Source: Oscillospiraceae bacterium (lineage in GTDB: Bacteria > Bacillota > Clostridia > Oscillospirales > CAG-272). Taken from it: a DNA stretch of 57,589 nucleotides. The notes under the pieces were generated by a model, which saw only the letters and a list, made by a program, of their open reading frames with translations, was not told the DNA's origin and searched no databases. The stretch lies in contig SVSK01000005.1 of the NCBI GenBank assembly GCA_015064345.1, forward strand, positions 1-57,589. Reading direction: 5' to 3'. Numbering within the stretch: position 1 is the first letter of the stretch; each line of letters starts with the position of its first letter. Positions 46,049 through 54,420 of this stretch are shown here, piece after piece. The position numbers and the translations under genes were made by a program.

Positions 46049-47737
46049 TTATATCTTTTCAGCCATTGCTGTGATTCTTGCTTTTACTCTTTCCTCACCG
46101 AGGATCTGCATTACTGCATACATATCGGGAGAGTTCATCTTACCTGTTACCGCGATACGAAGGAACATGGAAACGTCGCCCACGTTGCCCTTGAATGCCT
46201 CGGGATCTGCCTTGTACGCCTTCATGTCGGGTGTGTAACCGAGAGATTCGCCGATCTGCTGGATCTTGCCGAACCATGTGTTCATGTCGTCTGCGGGATC
46301 GAACGTCTCGATAAACTTTGAGTAAACAGTCTTAATATCGTCTCGATCGAACTTTTCGGGGATCTCGTCCTCGTTCTTAAAGAGATCATCATAGAAGAAT
46401 CCGATGTAAGGCTTAACGTCAGCGAGCGTTGCGATGTCTTTTCTCGGCTTCTTTCCGCCTCTGCCGATCCCGAATATCTTTTTAGCATATTCAGGGTCAG
46501 CTGTGAGGAGCGCACCGAACTCAGGATCGAACTCATTTGCCCAGTCCGCAGTCTTGTCGTAGATTTCCTCTGCAGTCATCTTTGAGAGAACGTTCTTTGA
46601 TACGTCAGTAAGCTTGTTAAAGTCAAGGAGGCATCCGGAAACGCTCATCTTCTTAATGGAGAACGGGAAATCGGTAGGCTTCTTATCGGGATTCTGTGCG
46701 TGCCATTCTTCGTAGTTGGAGTTGAGAAGAGTCATAACGTACTCGGTAACGCATGTGTCGGTGTAGCCCATCTTGCGGTAGTCCTCAACGTTCGCGCCCA
46801 TGTCACGCTTGGAAAGCTTCTTCTTGTTGCCGTTTTCGTCAAGACGCATGATCTGCGCAATGTGCATGTACTTGGGAAGCTTGAAGCCGAGATAGTTAAA
46901 GAGCATTATGTGTCTCGGAAGGCTGGGGAGCCATTCTTCGCCACGCACAACGTGTGTTGTTCCCATAAGATGGTCGTCAATTGCGTGTGCGAAATGGTAT
47001 GTGGGAATTCCGTCGCTCTTGAGGAGAACTTCGTCCTTATCGTTTTCGGGAAGTTCAAGGTTGCCCTTTACAAGGTCGTTAAACTTGATCTTCTTGTCGG
47101 GATCGCCGTTTGCGTACATACGGAGAACGAACTTGTCGCCCTTAGCGAGGTGTTCTTCAACCTCTTCGATTGTGAACTCACGCATCTTAAGCATTTCCGC
47201 CTTCTGTTCGGCTTCCATTTCAGCGGTCCACTCTCTGGACTTTACTTCAGCCTTCTTGTCAGTCTCCTTGAGTGCATCAAGCTCCTCTTCTGTGGTGAAT
47301 ACGGGGTATGCCTTACCCTCCTGCACCATCCACTTTGCGTAAACGTGGTAGATCTCCTTACGGTTGCTCTGCTTATAAGGTCCGTAGATGCCGTTGTCGA
47401 TTACATTATCGTTTTCATCAAGTGCAGCACCCTCATCAAAAGTGATACCGAACTTTGCTGTGGTCTTGATCATGCCGACAGCCGCACCGTCAACCTCACG
47501 CTTGGAGTCAGTATCTTCGATTCGCAGGTAGAACACACCTCCGGACTGTCGTGCAAGTCTTTCGCAAACAGTAGCCGGGAAAAGTGTGCCGAGGTGAACA
47601 AATCCTGTAGGGCTGGGGGCGATTCTTGTTACCTTTGCGCCCTCGGGAAGCACTCTCGGAGGATATTTTGCTTCGATATCTTCCCTTGTCAAAGTAACAT
47701 GGGGGAAAAGTAAGTCAGCCAAACGATTGTAGTCCAT
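46049..47737 (-). CDS. gltX: Glutamate--tRNA ligase (long form, about 560 aa)
   Basis: RIAPSPTGFVHLGT is the HIGH-type motif and KLSKR is the KMSKS-type motif. The ORF is open to 47767, but I prefer ATG at 47737 (MDYNRLADLL), which has GGAGAA 7 nt upstream. Confidence 0.88.
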   Translation of the reverse strand: MDYNRLADLLFPHVTLTREDIEAKYPPRVLPEGAKVTRIAPSPTGFVHLGTLFPATVCERLARQSGGVFYLRIEDTDSKREVDGAAVGMIKTTAKFGITFDEGAALDENDNVIDNGIYGPYKQSNRKEIYHVYAKWMVQEGKAYPVFTTEEELDALKETDKKAEVKSREWTAEMEAEQKAEMLKMREFTIEEVEEHLAKGDKFVLRMYANGDPDKKIKFNDLVKGNLELPENDKDEVLLKSDGIPTYHFAHAIDDHLMGTTHVVRGEEWLPSLPRHIMLFNYLGFKLPKYMHIAQIMRLDENGNKKKLSKRDMGANVEDYRKMGYTDTCVTEYVMTLLNSNYEEWHAQNPDKKPTDFPFSIKKMSVSGCLLDFNKLTDVSKNVLSKMTAEEIYDKTADWANEFDPEFGALLTADPEYAKKIFGIGRGGKKPRKDIATLADVKPYIGFFYDDLFKNEDEIPEKFDRDDIKTVYSKFIETFDPADDMNTWFGKIQQIGESLGYTPDMKAYKADPEAFKGNVGDVSMFLRIAVTGKMNSPDMYAVMQILGEERVKARITAMAEKI

Positions 47738-48016
47738 ATATTTTTCTCCATTCGGTTTGAATATCATATTATTTGATTATAGTCAATATTTAAGTTATTA
47801 TATCACATTTTTTGGAGTTAGTCTATATCTATATTCCATATTTTTTCATTTCGTGCATATTTTTGTTTGTAGATATTTTCGATTATGCCAAATATGCATG
47901 AAAAGTAAATAATTTTTACACTTTATTTTACAACTTGGCGCTCAGTGTTGATTTTTCTCAATAATTGTGCTAAAATTGTATTATAGAAGATAATTTATAA
48001 TTTCGGAGGAAAAATA

Positions 48017-49057
48017 ATGGCAGGCAAAAAGACAAAAATGTTCAGAACTCAGATGGGCGGCTTTCATAAAGATGACGTTAACAACTACATCAAGGAAACT
48101 GACCTGCGACACTCTGAAGAGCTCGAAAATTTGAAGATCAAGATCGGAGAGCTTAATGCAGAGATCGCCAATCTGAGTGACAAGTGCGCTGCCCTGGCGG
48201 AGGGAAATGCCCTCCTTCTTGAAGAAAAGAATAATGCTGAAATCGCTGTTCGTGACACCGAAGCAGTCATAGGCGAAAAGAATGCAGAGATCGCGGACAT
48301 ATCAAAGAAGCTCGATTTCTACAAGACGGAGTCTGAGGCGCAGATAAATGTGATGAACAATCTCAAGACTGAGAATAAGCGTTTGGAAGCTGAACTTGAA
48401 GATGCAAAGAGTAACGCCTCATCCGGTCTCAATGATGAAATCAGCAGACTTACCGCGCTCAACACCGAGAAGGATGCTATCATCGTAAGTCTTAATGATG
48501 AGCTTGAGAGAGTAAATGCAGAAAATATTTCTCTTAATGAAAAGGCAAAGGCTTCTGATGATTTCGGAGACGTAAACGATCACGGCAGTGATGCATACAA
48601 GCTTGAAATGTACAACAAGATCAGCTCACAGCTTGGCGACATTATCATTAACGCAAACCGAAATGCGGACGATATTGTTTCTGCGGCAAAAGCAGATGCT
48701 GACAAGATCATTGCCGATGCTCAGATCGAAGGTGAAAGAAGAATTGAGGAATCCACAGCCGAGGCGAATTATACCCGCGAGCGCATTGCACAGATCTCCT
48801 CAAGCATCCTCGCTTCCGTCAGCGGTGAGCTTCACGGAAACATTGAAAACTGCATGAAAGAGATAACAACCTGTATTGACGATATGCAGTACGAAATTAA
48901 GACTCTCATGACAAAGCTTTCCGCACGTTCAAGCGAAATGAATGACAAGGTAGCTTACTATCAGAATACTGCAACTGAAAGCGTTGACCAAAAGCTTACA
49001 AAGATGGATGAAGAATACAACGCTGTAATCGCCCACGGAGAAGCTGAAAATGTCTGA
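48017..49057 (+). CDS. DivIVA-domain coiled-coil protein
   Basis: The N-terminus FRTQMGGFHKDDVNNYIKE is DivIVA-like. A long heptad-repeat coiled coil follows, then a C-terminal region ADDIVSAAKADADKIIADAQ. GGAGG RBS. Confidence 0.75.
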   Translation: MAGKKTKMFRTQMGGFHKDDVNNYIKETDLRHSEELENLKIKIGELNAEIANLSDKCAALAEGNALLLEEKNNAEIAVRDTEAVIGEKNAEIADISKKLDFYKTESEAQINVMNNLKTENKRLEAELEDAKSNASSGLNDEISRLTALNTEKDAIIVSLNDELERVNAENISLNEKAKASDDFGDVNDHGSDAYKLEMYNKISSQLGDIIINANRNADDIVSAAKADADKIIADAQIEGERRIEESTAEANYTRERIAQISSSILASVSGELHGNIENCMKEITTCIDDMQYEIKTLMTKLSARSSEMNDKVAYYQNTATESVDQKLTKMDEEYNAVIAHGEAENV

Positions 49058-49931
49058 ATTTGACAAAAGGCTTGGGCAGAAATTGCGTGATGTTCGCATT
49101 TCAAAAGGGATAACGCAAAGATCCCTTGCCGGCGAGAAGATCACACGTAATATGCTCAGTCTGATTGAAAACGGTAGTGCTTCTCCGTCTCTCTCGACTT
49201 TAATGTATTTGTCTGAAAAGCTTGACACCCCCGCAGGTTACTTCTTTTCTCAGTCTGCAAAAGATGAAGGAATTTATCTGAAAATGATGGTAATCGAGAA
49301 AATCAGATCCGCTTTTTCAGAAAAGAACTACTCAAAGTGCGAAGAAATTGCTCTGACTCTTCCGGAGGAAGCATTTGATGACGAGCTATCGTATATACTT
49401 GCTGTTTCATATCTGAACAAATCACTGGAAGCTGCCGCGGAGTACAATATAGTAAGTGCCGCCGAAGGACTTGCATCTGCAGAAGTTGTATCTGCCAATT
49501 CAGTCTACTGCAGTGAAAGCTTTTCCAGGGCCATTGAATATTACAGTGAACTTTTCAGAAGCCTCACAAGCGATGATATTCCCGCTTTGCTGTGTGACAT
49601 TCATAATGCAAGTGAATTTGTGTCACACGACCTCATAGAGTATTTCAAAACTGTCAAGCTTCTTTCTCAAGGCGAGGATGTGCAGGCACTATTCCCGCGC
49701 GGTTCTTATTTTGACAGGCATATTACCGCCATAAATCTGCTTATGGATGACAGGTCAGCGGATGCATTAAAGAGACTTCGAGATCTTTCTGATGACCCCT
49801 CACTGCCCTATTACATGCAATACCGAGTTTTGTCTGATCTCGAAAATGCCGCTAACTTAACGGGAGACGTCAGAATCGCATATTATGCCTCTAAAAGGAA
49901 GCTTGAGCTCACTGTCAAATTCAAAGTATAG
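49050..49931 (+). CDS. XRE-family HTH regulator with a long helical C-terminal domain (RNPP/Rgg-like architecture, tentative)
   Basis: The HTH is LGQKLRDVRISKGITQRSLAGEKITRNMLSLIENGSASPSLSTLMYLSEKL. About 225 aa of C-terminal sequence follows. The start overlaps the DivIVA-like gene by 8 nt. GGAGAAG RBS. Confidence 0.75.
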   Translation: MSEFDKRLGQKLRDVRISKGITQRSLAGEKITRNMLSLIENGSASPSLSTLMYLSEKLDTPAGYFFSQSAKDEGIYLKMMVIEKIRSAFSEKNYSKCEEIALTLPEEAFDDELSYILAVSYLNKSLEAAAEYNIVSAAEGLASAEVVSANSVYCSESFSRAIEYYSELFRSLTSDDIPALLCDIHNASEFVSHDLIEYFKTVKLLSQGEDVQALFPRGSYFDRHITAINLLMDDRSADALKRLRDLSDDPSLPYYMQYRVLSDLENAANLTGDVRIAYYASKRKLELTVKFKV

Positions 49932-49941
49932 TAAAAACATA

Positions 49942-49978
49942 AAAGTGACTGAAGATAATATCAGTCACTTTTCTTTAT
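49942..49978. terminator. Bidirectional terminator between the HTH gene and convergent polA
   Basis: AAAGTGACTGA (49942-49952) pairs with TCAGTCACTTT (49961-49971), followed by TCTTTATTT. Confidence 0.85.
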
Positions 49979-52507
49979 TTATTTTGCATCGTACCATGTT
50001 TCGCCGATCCCAAAGTCTGCAGTAAGAGGTACTGCAACCTTAACAGCGTTTTCCATTTCACGAACAAGAATTTCTGCGGCTACGTCAGCGCAGTCTGCTT
50101 TTGCCTCGACTATCAGCTCATCATGTACCTGCATAATGAGCCGCGCGTCTATCTTTGCTTCCTTCAGCGCTCGGTTTACGTTTATCATAGCTATCTTGAT
50201 AACATCAGCTGCTGTTCCCTGTATCGGGCTGTTCATTGCAACGCGCTCTCCGAATGCCTGCAGATTGCGATTCTTTGAGGAAAGCTCGGGAATGTTTCTG
50301 CGTCTGCCGAAATAAGTTGTTGTGTATCCGTCCTGCCTTGCTGATGCAATAGTGTCTTTGAGATACTTGTCAACGTCGCTGTATGTTGCGAGATAGTTCT
50401 CAATATACTCCTTTGCCATCTTTCTGGTAATGCCTAAATCTTTTGCCAGTGAGAACTCGCCAATGCCGTAGACGATACCAAAGTTTACAGCCTTTGCGCG
50501 GCGGCGCAGGTCGGGTGTAACCTCATCCTCGCTGATTCCGAACACCTGCGCCGCTACAGACGTATGGATATCCTGACCGTTAATAAACGCGCTTTGCATA
50601 GTCTCATCTCCCGACAGTGCGGAAAGAATGCGAAGCTCGATCTGTGAGTAGTCTGCGTCAATGAGAACGTAACCGTCGTCCGCTATAAAAAACTTACGCA
50701 GTTCTCTGCCAAGCTCATCGCGCACGGGAATATTCTGCAGATTAGGATCGCTTGATGCAAGTCTGCCGGTAGCTGTACCTGTCTGATTCAGCTTTGTGTG
50801 TATACGTCCGTTTTCATCGGCCTGGGCAATAAGCGGATCGCCATATGTTCCGCGAAGCTTTGTTATCTTGCGGTACATGAGGATATCCTCAATTATTGTG
50901 TGATATGGACGCAGGGATTCGAGAGTCTCGGCGTCTGTAGAGTATCCAGTTTTTGTTTTCTTGCCCGAGGGGAGTCCTATTTCGTCAAACAGTACCTCGC
51001 CAAGCTGCTTGGGAGAGTTAATGTTGAACTGACGGCCCGCCTGAAGCCATATTGCGTCCATAAGCGCGTTTTCAGTGAGCAGAAGCTCTTCGGAGTAGTG
51101 CTTGATGCCGTCAGGATCGATCTTGAAACCTATCTCCTCCATCTCTGCAAGAACTGCAGACAAAGGGATCTCAATGTCATGCATGAGTGAGAGCATTCCG
51201 TATTCGGTCAGTTGCTTCTCGGTCTCTGTCTTTATGTTGAAAATTGCAGTAACGGATTCTGCGAGAGTTGTCGGACGTATGCCAATAAATTTTTCAGCCG
51301 TATCTGCAAGGTGGTATTTTCCGTTTCCCGGGTTCAAAAGATATGCAGCCAGCATTGTGTCGTATTCGCAGTTTATACCATCACCTGTGATATGAAGAGT
51401 GCGCAGAAGTGACTTATAATCATGGCAGATAAGCTTATTTTCATGAATGAATGTGAGCACATCGTCAGCGGCTACATTTCTGCAGAGCTTAACGTTACCC
51501 TCTCCTGTATAGCAGGCAAATCCCTCTTCGCCGAGAGAAATTGCAACAGGGATGTCAAACTTGACTCCCCCAAGAGATGCTATCTCATCAGTATCAACTG
51601 CCTTTACTTCTGCAGCAGGTACTTCTGCCGGGGTAGCTGATTCAGTTACACCGAATTTACGTGCCATGCCTGAAAACTCAAGCTCATCGCAAAGTGCGGC
51701 AAATGCGGCAGAGTCGATCTCACGCTGATTGAACAGCTCGTCAGCCATACAGCAAATCGGCGCTTCGCGAAGAATGGTTGCAAGTCTGCGCGACATGAAT
51801 GCGGAATCCTTGCCGTCAGTAAGCTTTGCTATAACAGACTTTGTCTGACCGAATCTTTCAACGTCGCTGTAAACGGTCTCAAGGTCAGATGCTGCCTGTA
51901 TCAGCTTAAGCGCGGTTTTCTCACCAATTCCGGGCACTCCGGGAATATTGTCGGATGAGTCACCCATAAGTGCTTTTACATCGATAAACTGAGACGGCTT
52001 TATTCCGTACTCCTCAAAAAATCTTGTCGGTGTGAAATAGATATCCTCTTTGGTCTTCTCAAGCACTACGGTAGTGTGGTCCGAAACCAGCTGAAGCGAG
52101 TCACGGTCTCCTGTGAGGATGTAAGACTCTATTTCTCCCGTTTTCTCAGCCATGGTAACTGACGTGCCTATAACGTCGTCTGCCTCAAATCCGGGACACT
52201 CAATAACGAGGAAGCCAAGTGCCGCTGCGGCTCTTTTTGCATAGGGCATCTGTGCCCGAAGATCATCAGGCATGCCTTTTCTCGTGCCCTTGTATTCCGC
52301 GTATTCTTCGTGGCGGAATGTGGGGTGATGCACGTCAAAGGCACAGGCAATATAATCCGGCTTTATAGCGTCAAGATGCTTTTTTATGATATTCAGAAAT
52401 CCGTATATTGCATTTGTCGGAATGCCTGATTTTGTGGAAAGCGGTCTGATTCCGTAAAACGCACGGTTAATTATGCTGTTGCCGTCAAGAATGAGAAACT
52501 TTTTCAT
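49979..52507 (-). CDS. polA: DNA polymerase I
   Basis: The N-terminus has a 5'-3' exonuclease domain (ILDGNSIINRAFYG). Family A motifs DYSQIELRIL, RRRAKAVNFGIVYG and QVHDELIVE are present. Length is 842 aa. Confidence 0.92.
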   Translation of the reverse strand: MKKFLILDGNSIINRAFYGIRPLSTKSGIPTNAIYGFLNIIKKHLDAIKPDYIACAFDVHHPTFRHEEYAEYKGTRKGMPDDLRAQMPYAKRAAAALGFLVIECPGFEADDVIGTSVTMAEKTGEIESYILTGDRDSLQLVSDHTTVVLEKTKEDIYFTPTRFFEEYGIKPSQFIDVKALMGDSSDNIPGVPGIGEKTALKLIQAASDLETVYSDVERFGQTKSVIAKLTDGKDSAFMSRRLATILREAPICCMADELFNQREIDSAAFAALCDELEFSGMARKFGVTESATPAEVPAAEVKAVDTDEIASLGGVKFDIPVAISLGEEGFACYTGEGNVKLCRNVAADDVLTFIHENKLICHDYKSLLRTLHITGDGINCEYDTMLAAYLLNPGNGKYHLADTAEKFIGIRPTTLAESVTAIFNIKTETEKQLTEYGMLSLMHDIEIPLSAVLAEMEEIGFKIDPDGIKHYSEELLLTENALMDAIWLQAGRQFNINSPKQLGEVLFDEIGLPSGKKTKTGYSTDAETLESLRPYHTIIEDILMYRKITKLRGTYGDPLIAQADENGRIHTKLNQTGTATGRLASSDPNLQNIPVRDELGRELRKFFIADDGYVLIDADYSQIELRILSALSGDETMQSAFINGQDIHTSVAAQVFGISEDEVTPDLRRRAKAVNFGIVYGIGEFSLAKDLGITRKMAKEYIENYLATYSDVDKYLKDTIASARQDGYTTTYFGRRRNIPELSSKNRNLQAFGERVAMNSPIQGTAADVIKIAMINVNRALKEAKIDARLIMQVHDELIVEAKADCADVAAEILVREMENAVKVAVPLTADFGIGETWYDAK

Positions 52508-52573
52508 CCGTTACCTCGCACTTGTGTAGTTATTGACAATATTATAGCACAAGTTTGGTTAAAATAAAATACC

Positions 52574-52603
52574 AAAATGAAAAACCGCAGAATATATCTG
52601 CGG
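52574..52603 (-). terminator. Terminator after sigF
   Basis: On the minus-strand RNA, CCGCAGA-UAUAU-UCUGCGG is followed by UUUUUCAUUUU. Confidence 0.8.
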
Positions 52604-52616
52604 TAAATTTCAAGCA

Positions 52617-53345
52617 TCATGCAAGAGCGGCTCTGAGAGTGCTGAAGATCTTCTTTTCTTCTCTGGATATTTTAACCTGCGTCAGTCCGAGAGCGTCTGC
52701 CGTCTGCTGCTGTGAATATTCCTCGAAATACCGAAGCGTAATGATCTGTCTCCACAAGGGCGGCAATTTTCCTATCGTCTCCCCAAGTGCTACGCTTTCG
52801 ATCATTTTACCAAGTGTATCGTCGCTTGCGGGAATTACGTCCTCAAGTGAGAAGTCGTCCTCGCCGATGACTTCGGAAAGAGATCTTACGGGAGAGGATG
52901 AGTCAAGTGCCACTGCCGCCTCCTCAACCGTTACGCCTACCTTTTCTGCGAGATATTCAAGCCTTGGCTCTACTCCGTTTTCGGACACATATCTCTCCCT
53001 CTCGTGCATTATCATTGCTCCGATTCGCTTTTGTCCGCGACTTACCTTGATAAGTCCGTCGTCTCGCAAAAATCTTCGGATCTCACCGATGATCAGCGGA
53101 ACAGCATAGGTTGAAAAGGCAAAACCGCGGCTTAGATCAAAGCTTCGTATCGCTTTCAGCAACCCAATCGAACCAATTTGGACAAGATCCTCGAAATCCG
53201 TGCCACGTCCGCGGAATCTGTAGGCAAGTCCGTTTACAAGTCCGCTGTTTAGCTCCATAAGCCGAGCTTCCGCGGTGGTATCTCCTGCGGCATATGCTTT
53301 CAGAGCATCCGATATTTCAATATATGTGCTTTCACTTTGTGCCAT
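52617..53345 (-). CDS. sigF: Sporulation sigma factor F
   Basis: This is a sigma-70 family protein, with region 2 DLVQIGSIGLLKAIRSFD and region 4 QQQTADALGLTQVKISREEKK. Length is 242 aa. It is the third gene after spoIIAA and spoIIAB. Confidence 0.88.
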   Translation of the reverse strand: MAQSESTYIEISDALKAYAAGDTTAEARLMELNSGLVNGLAYRFRGRGTDFEDLVQIGSIGLLKAIRSFDLSRGFAFSTYAVPLIIGEIRRFLRDDGLIKVSRGQKRIGAMIMHERERYVSENGVEPRLEYLAEKVGVTVEEAAVALDSSSPVRSLSEVIGEDDFSLEDVIPASDDTLGKMIESVALGETIGKLPPLWRQIITLRYFEEYSQQQTADALGLTQVKISREEKKIFSTLRAALA

Positions 53346-53388
53346 TTTGTGTCTCCCGAAATTGATTTTAGCGGAATGACGCTATGTA

Positions 53389-53841
53389 TTATTTTCTGAG
53401 CGGCAAAAGTGAGAGTTTCTTCGTCATTATCACGCGAGTTCCTTTTCCCTCGGTTGATGTGACCTTCAGCGAGTCCATAAAGTTTTCGATTATTGTGAAT
53501 CCCATTCCGCTTCGCTCGTTTTCGGGATCTGTTGTGAATAAAGGTCTCATTGCTTCCTCGATATTCCCGATACCACAGCCTTTATCTTTAATATCCGCTC
53601 GGAACACTCTGTTCTCGTATATGCGAAGGATCATCTGAACATCCCCTATGTGTTCTCTGTAGCCGTGGACTATCGCATTTGTTACCGCCTCCGAAACGGC
53701 ACATTTAATATCAGAGAGTTCATCAAACGTCGGATTCAACTGTGCGCAGAAGGATGCGGCAACGGATCTTGCAAATGCTTCGTTTGCTGAATATGACGGG
53801 AAGGTAATTTTTGTTTCGTTGATTATCTGATGCTTTGCCAT
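53389..53841 (-). CDS. spoIIAB: Anti-sigma F factor (serine kinase)
   Basis: HATPase-type boxes EAVTNAIVHG, DKGCGI and GMGFTI are present. Length is 150 aa. AGGAGG RBS. Confidence 0.9.
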   Translation of the reverse strand: MAKHQIINETKITFPSYSANEAFARSVAASFCAQLNPTFDELSDIKCAVSEAVTNAIVHGYREHIGDVQMILRIYENRVFRADIKDKGCGIGNIEEAMRPLFTTDPENERSGMGFTIIENFMDSLKVTSTEGKGTRVIMTKKLSLLPLRK

Positions 53842-53852
53842 TTCTTTCCTCC

Positions 53853-54200
53853 TTAATACGCGTTTTTAACCACGTGATTGTTTTCGATCTTTATGAGCCG
53901 TTCTGTACCGGCAAGGTCAAGTATTCTCTTGATCTGTGGGGTCGGATTTGCAACCTTAAAGCTGATCCCAAGTTCAACAGCCTTTGTGTATCTGCCGAGG
54001 ACCAGCCCAAGTCCCGAGCTGTCCATAAAGCTTACCCTTGATAAGTCAAGTATAAGCTCGTCCGGCCTTTGTATATACACCTTAGTGTCGATTCGGCTTC
54101 TGATCTGCCGTGCGTTGTGATGATCAATATCACCTTCCAGAAATACTGTAAGTGAATTTCCCGATGAAATACTTTTGACGCTAATTTCACATTCCGTCAT
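53853..54200 (-). CDS. spoIIAA: Anti-sigma F factor antagonist (STAS domain)
   Basis: The STAS domain carries the phosphorylatable Ser context VSFMDSSGLGLVLG. The ORF is open to 54317, but I prefer ATG at 54200, which has GGAG 8 nt upstream. Confidence 0.88.
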   Translation of the reverse strand: MTECEISVKSISSGNSLTVFLEGDIDHHNARQIRSRIDTKVYIQRPDELILDLSRVSFMDSSGLGLVLGRYTKAVELGISFKVANPTPQIKRILDLAGTERLIKIENNHVVKNAY

Positions 54201-54350
54201 TTTTGTTCTCCTTCGATGGTTTATGTATATATTATAATCGTCAGAAAATAAGAACGATGTCACAATATGGGGAGAGAAACAGATAATTTTCTGCCACAAA
54301 AGAATAAATATCCGCACAAATTTACATTACTCATTCGACTATCTTCCGTA

Positions 54351-54379
54351 TTGACATAAACTGACAAATATGGTATCAT
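54351..54379 (+). promoter_or_regulatory. Sigma-A promoter for the phosphofructokinase gene
   Basis: TTGACA (54351-54356), a 17-nt spacer ending in TGg, then TATCAT (54374-54379). Confidence 0.6.
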
Positions 54380-54420
54380 AGATACATGAAAAAATGATAT
54401 TTTAAGGATGGTATATTATC

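Noticed and set aside
46700-47713. Long ORFs antisense to real genes. Examples: 337 aa opposite gltX, 237 aa at 45306-46019 opposite glnS, 246 aa at 24819-25559 opposite proS, 284 aa at 2608-3462 opposite uxaB, 277 aa at 4096-4929 opposite uxaC, and 234 aa at 13936-14640 opposite the transporter.
   Set aside because: Each lies entirely inside a gene with strong family motifs on the other strand. None has an RBS. Their translations are low-complexity or rich in Cys, Arg and Leu, with no recognisable motifs. They are typical shadow ORFs caused by codon bias.
48155-48294. A repeated 14-mer, AATGCAGAGATCGC (48155-48168 and 48281-48294), inside the DivIVA-like gene.
   Set aside because: It encodes the repeated NAEIA heptad segment of the coiled coil. 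It is internal protein repetition, not a DNA-level element.
54334-54340. A Spo0A-box-like heptamer (AGTCGAA on the spoIIA coding strand) about 135 nt upstream of spoIIAA, together with a weak sigma-H-like GGATATT...AGAAAAT pair.
   Set aside because: There is only one imperfect box (6 of 7 positions), and the sigma-H match is poor. This is biologically plausible for a spoIIA operon but not supportable from the sequence alone.
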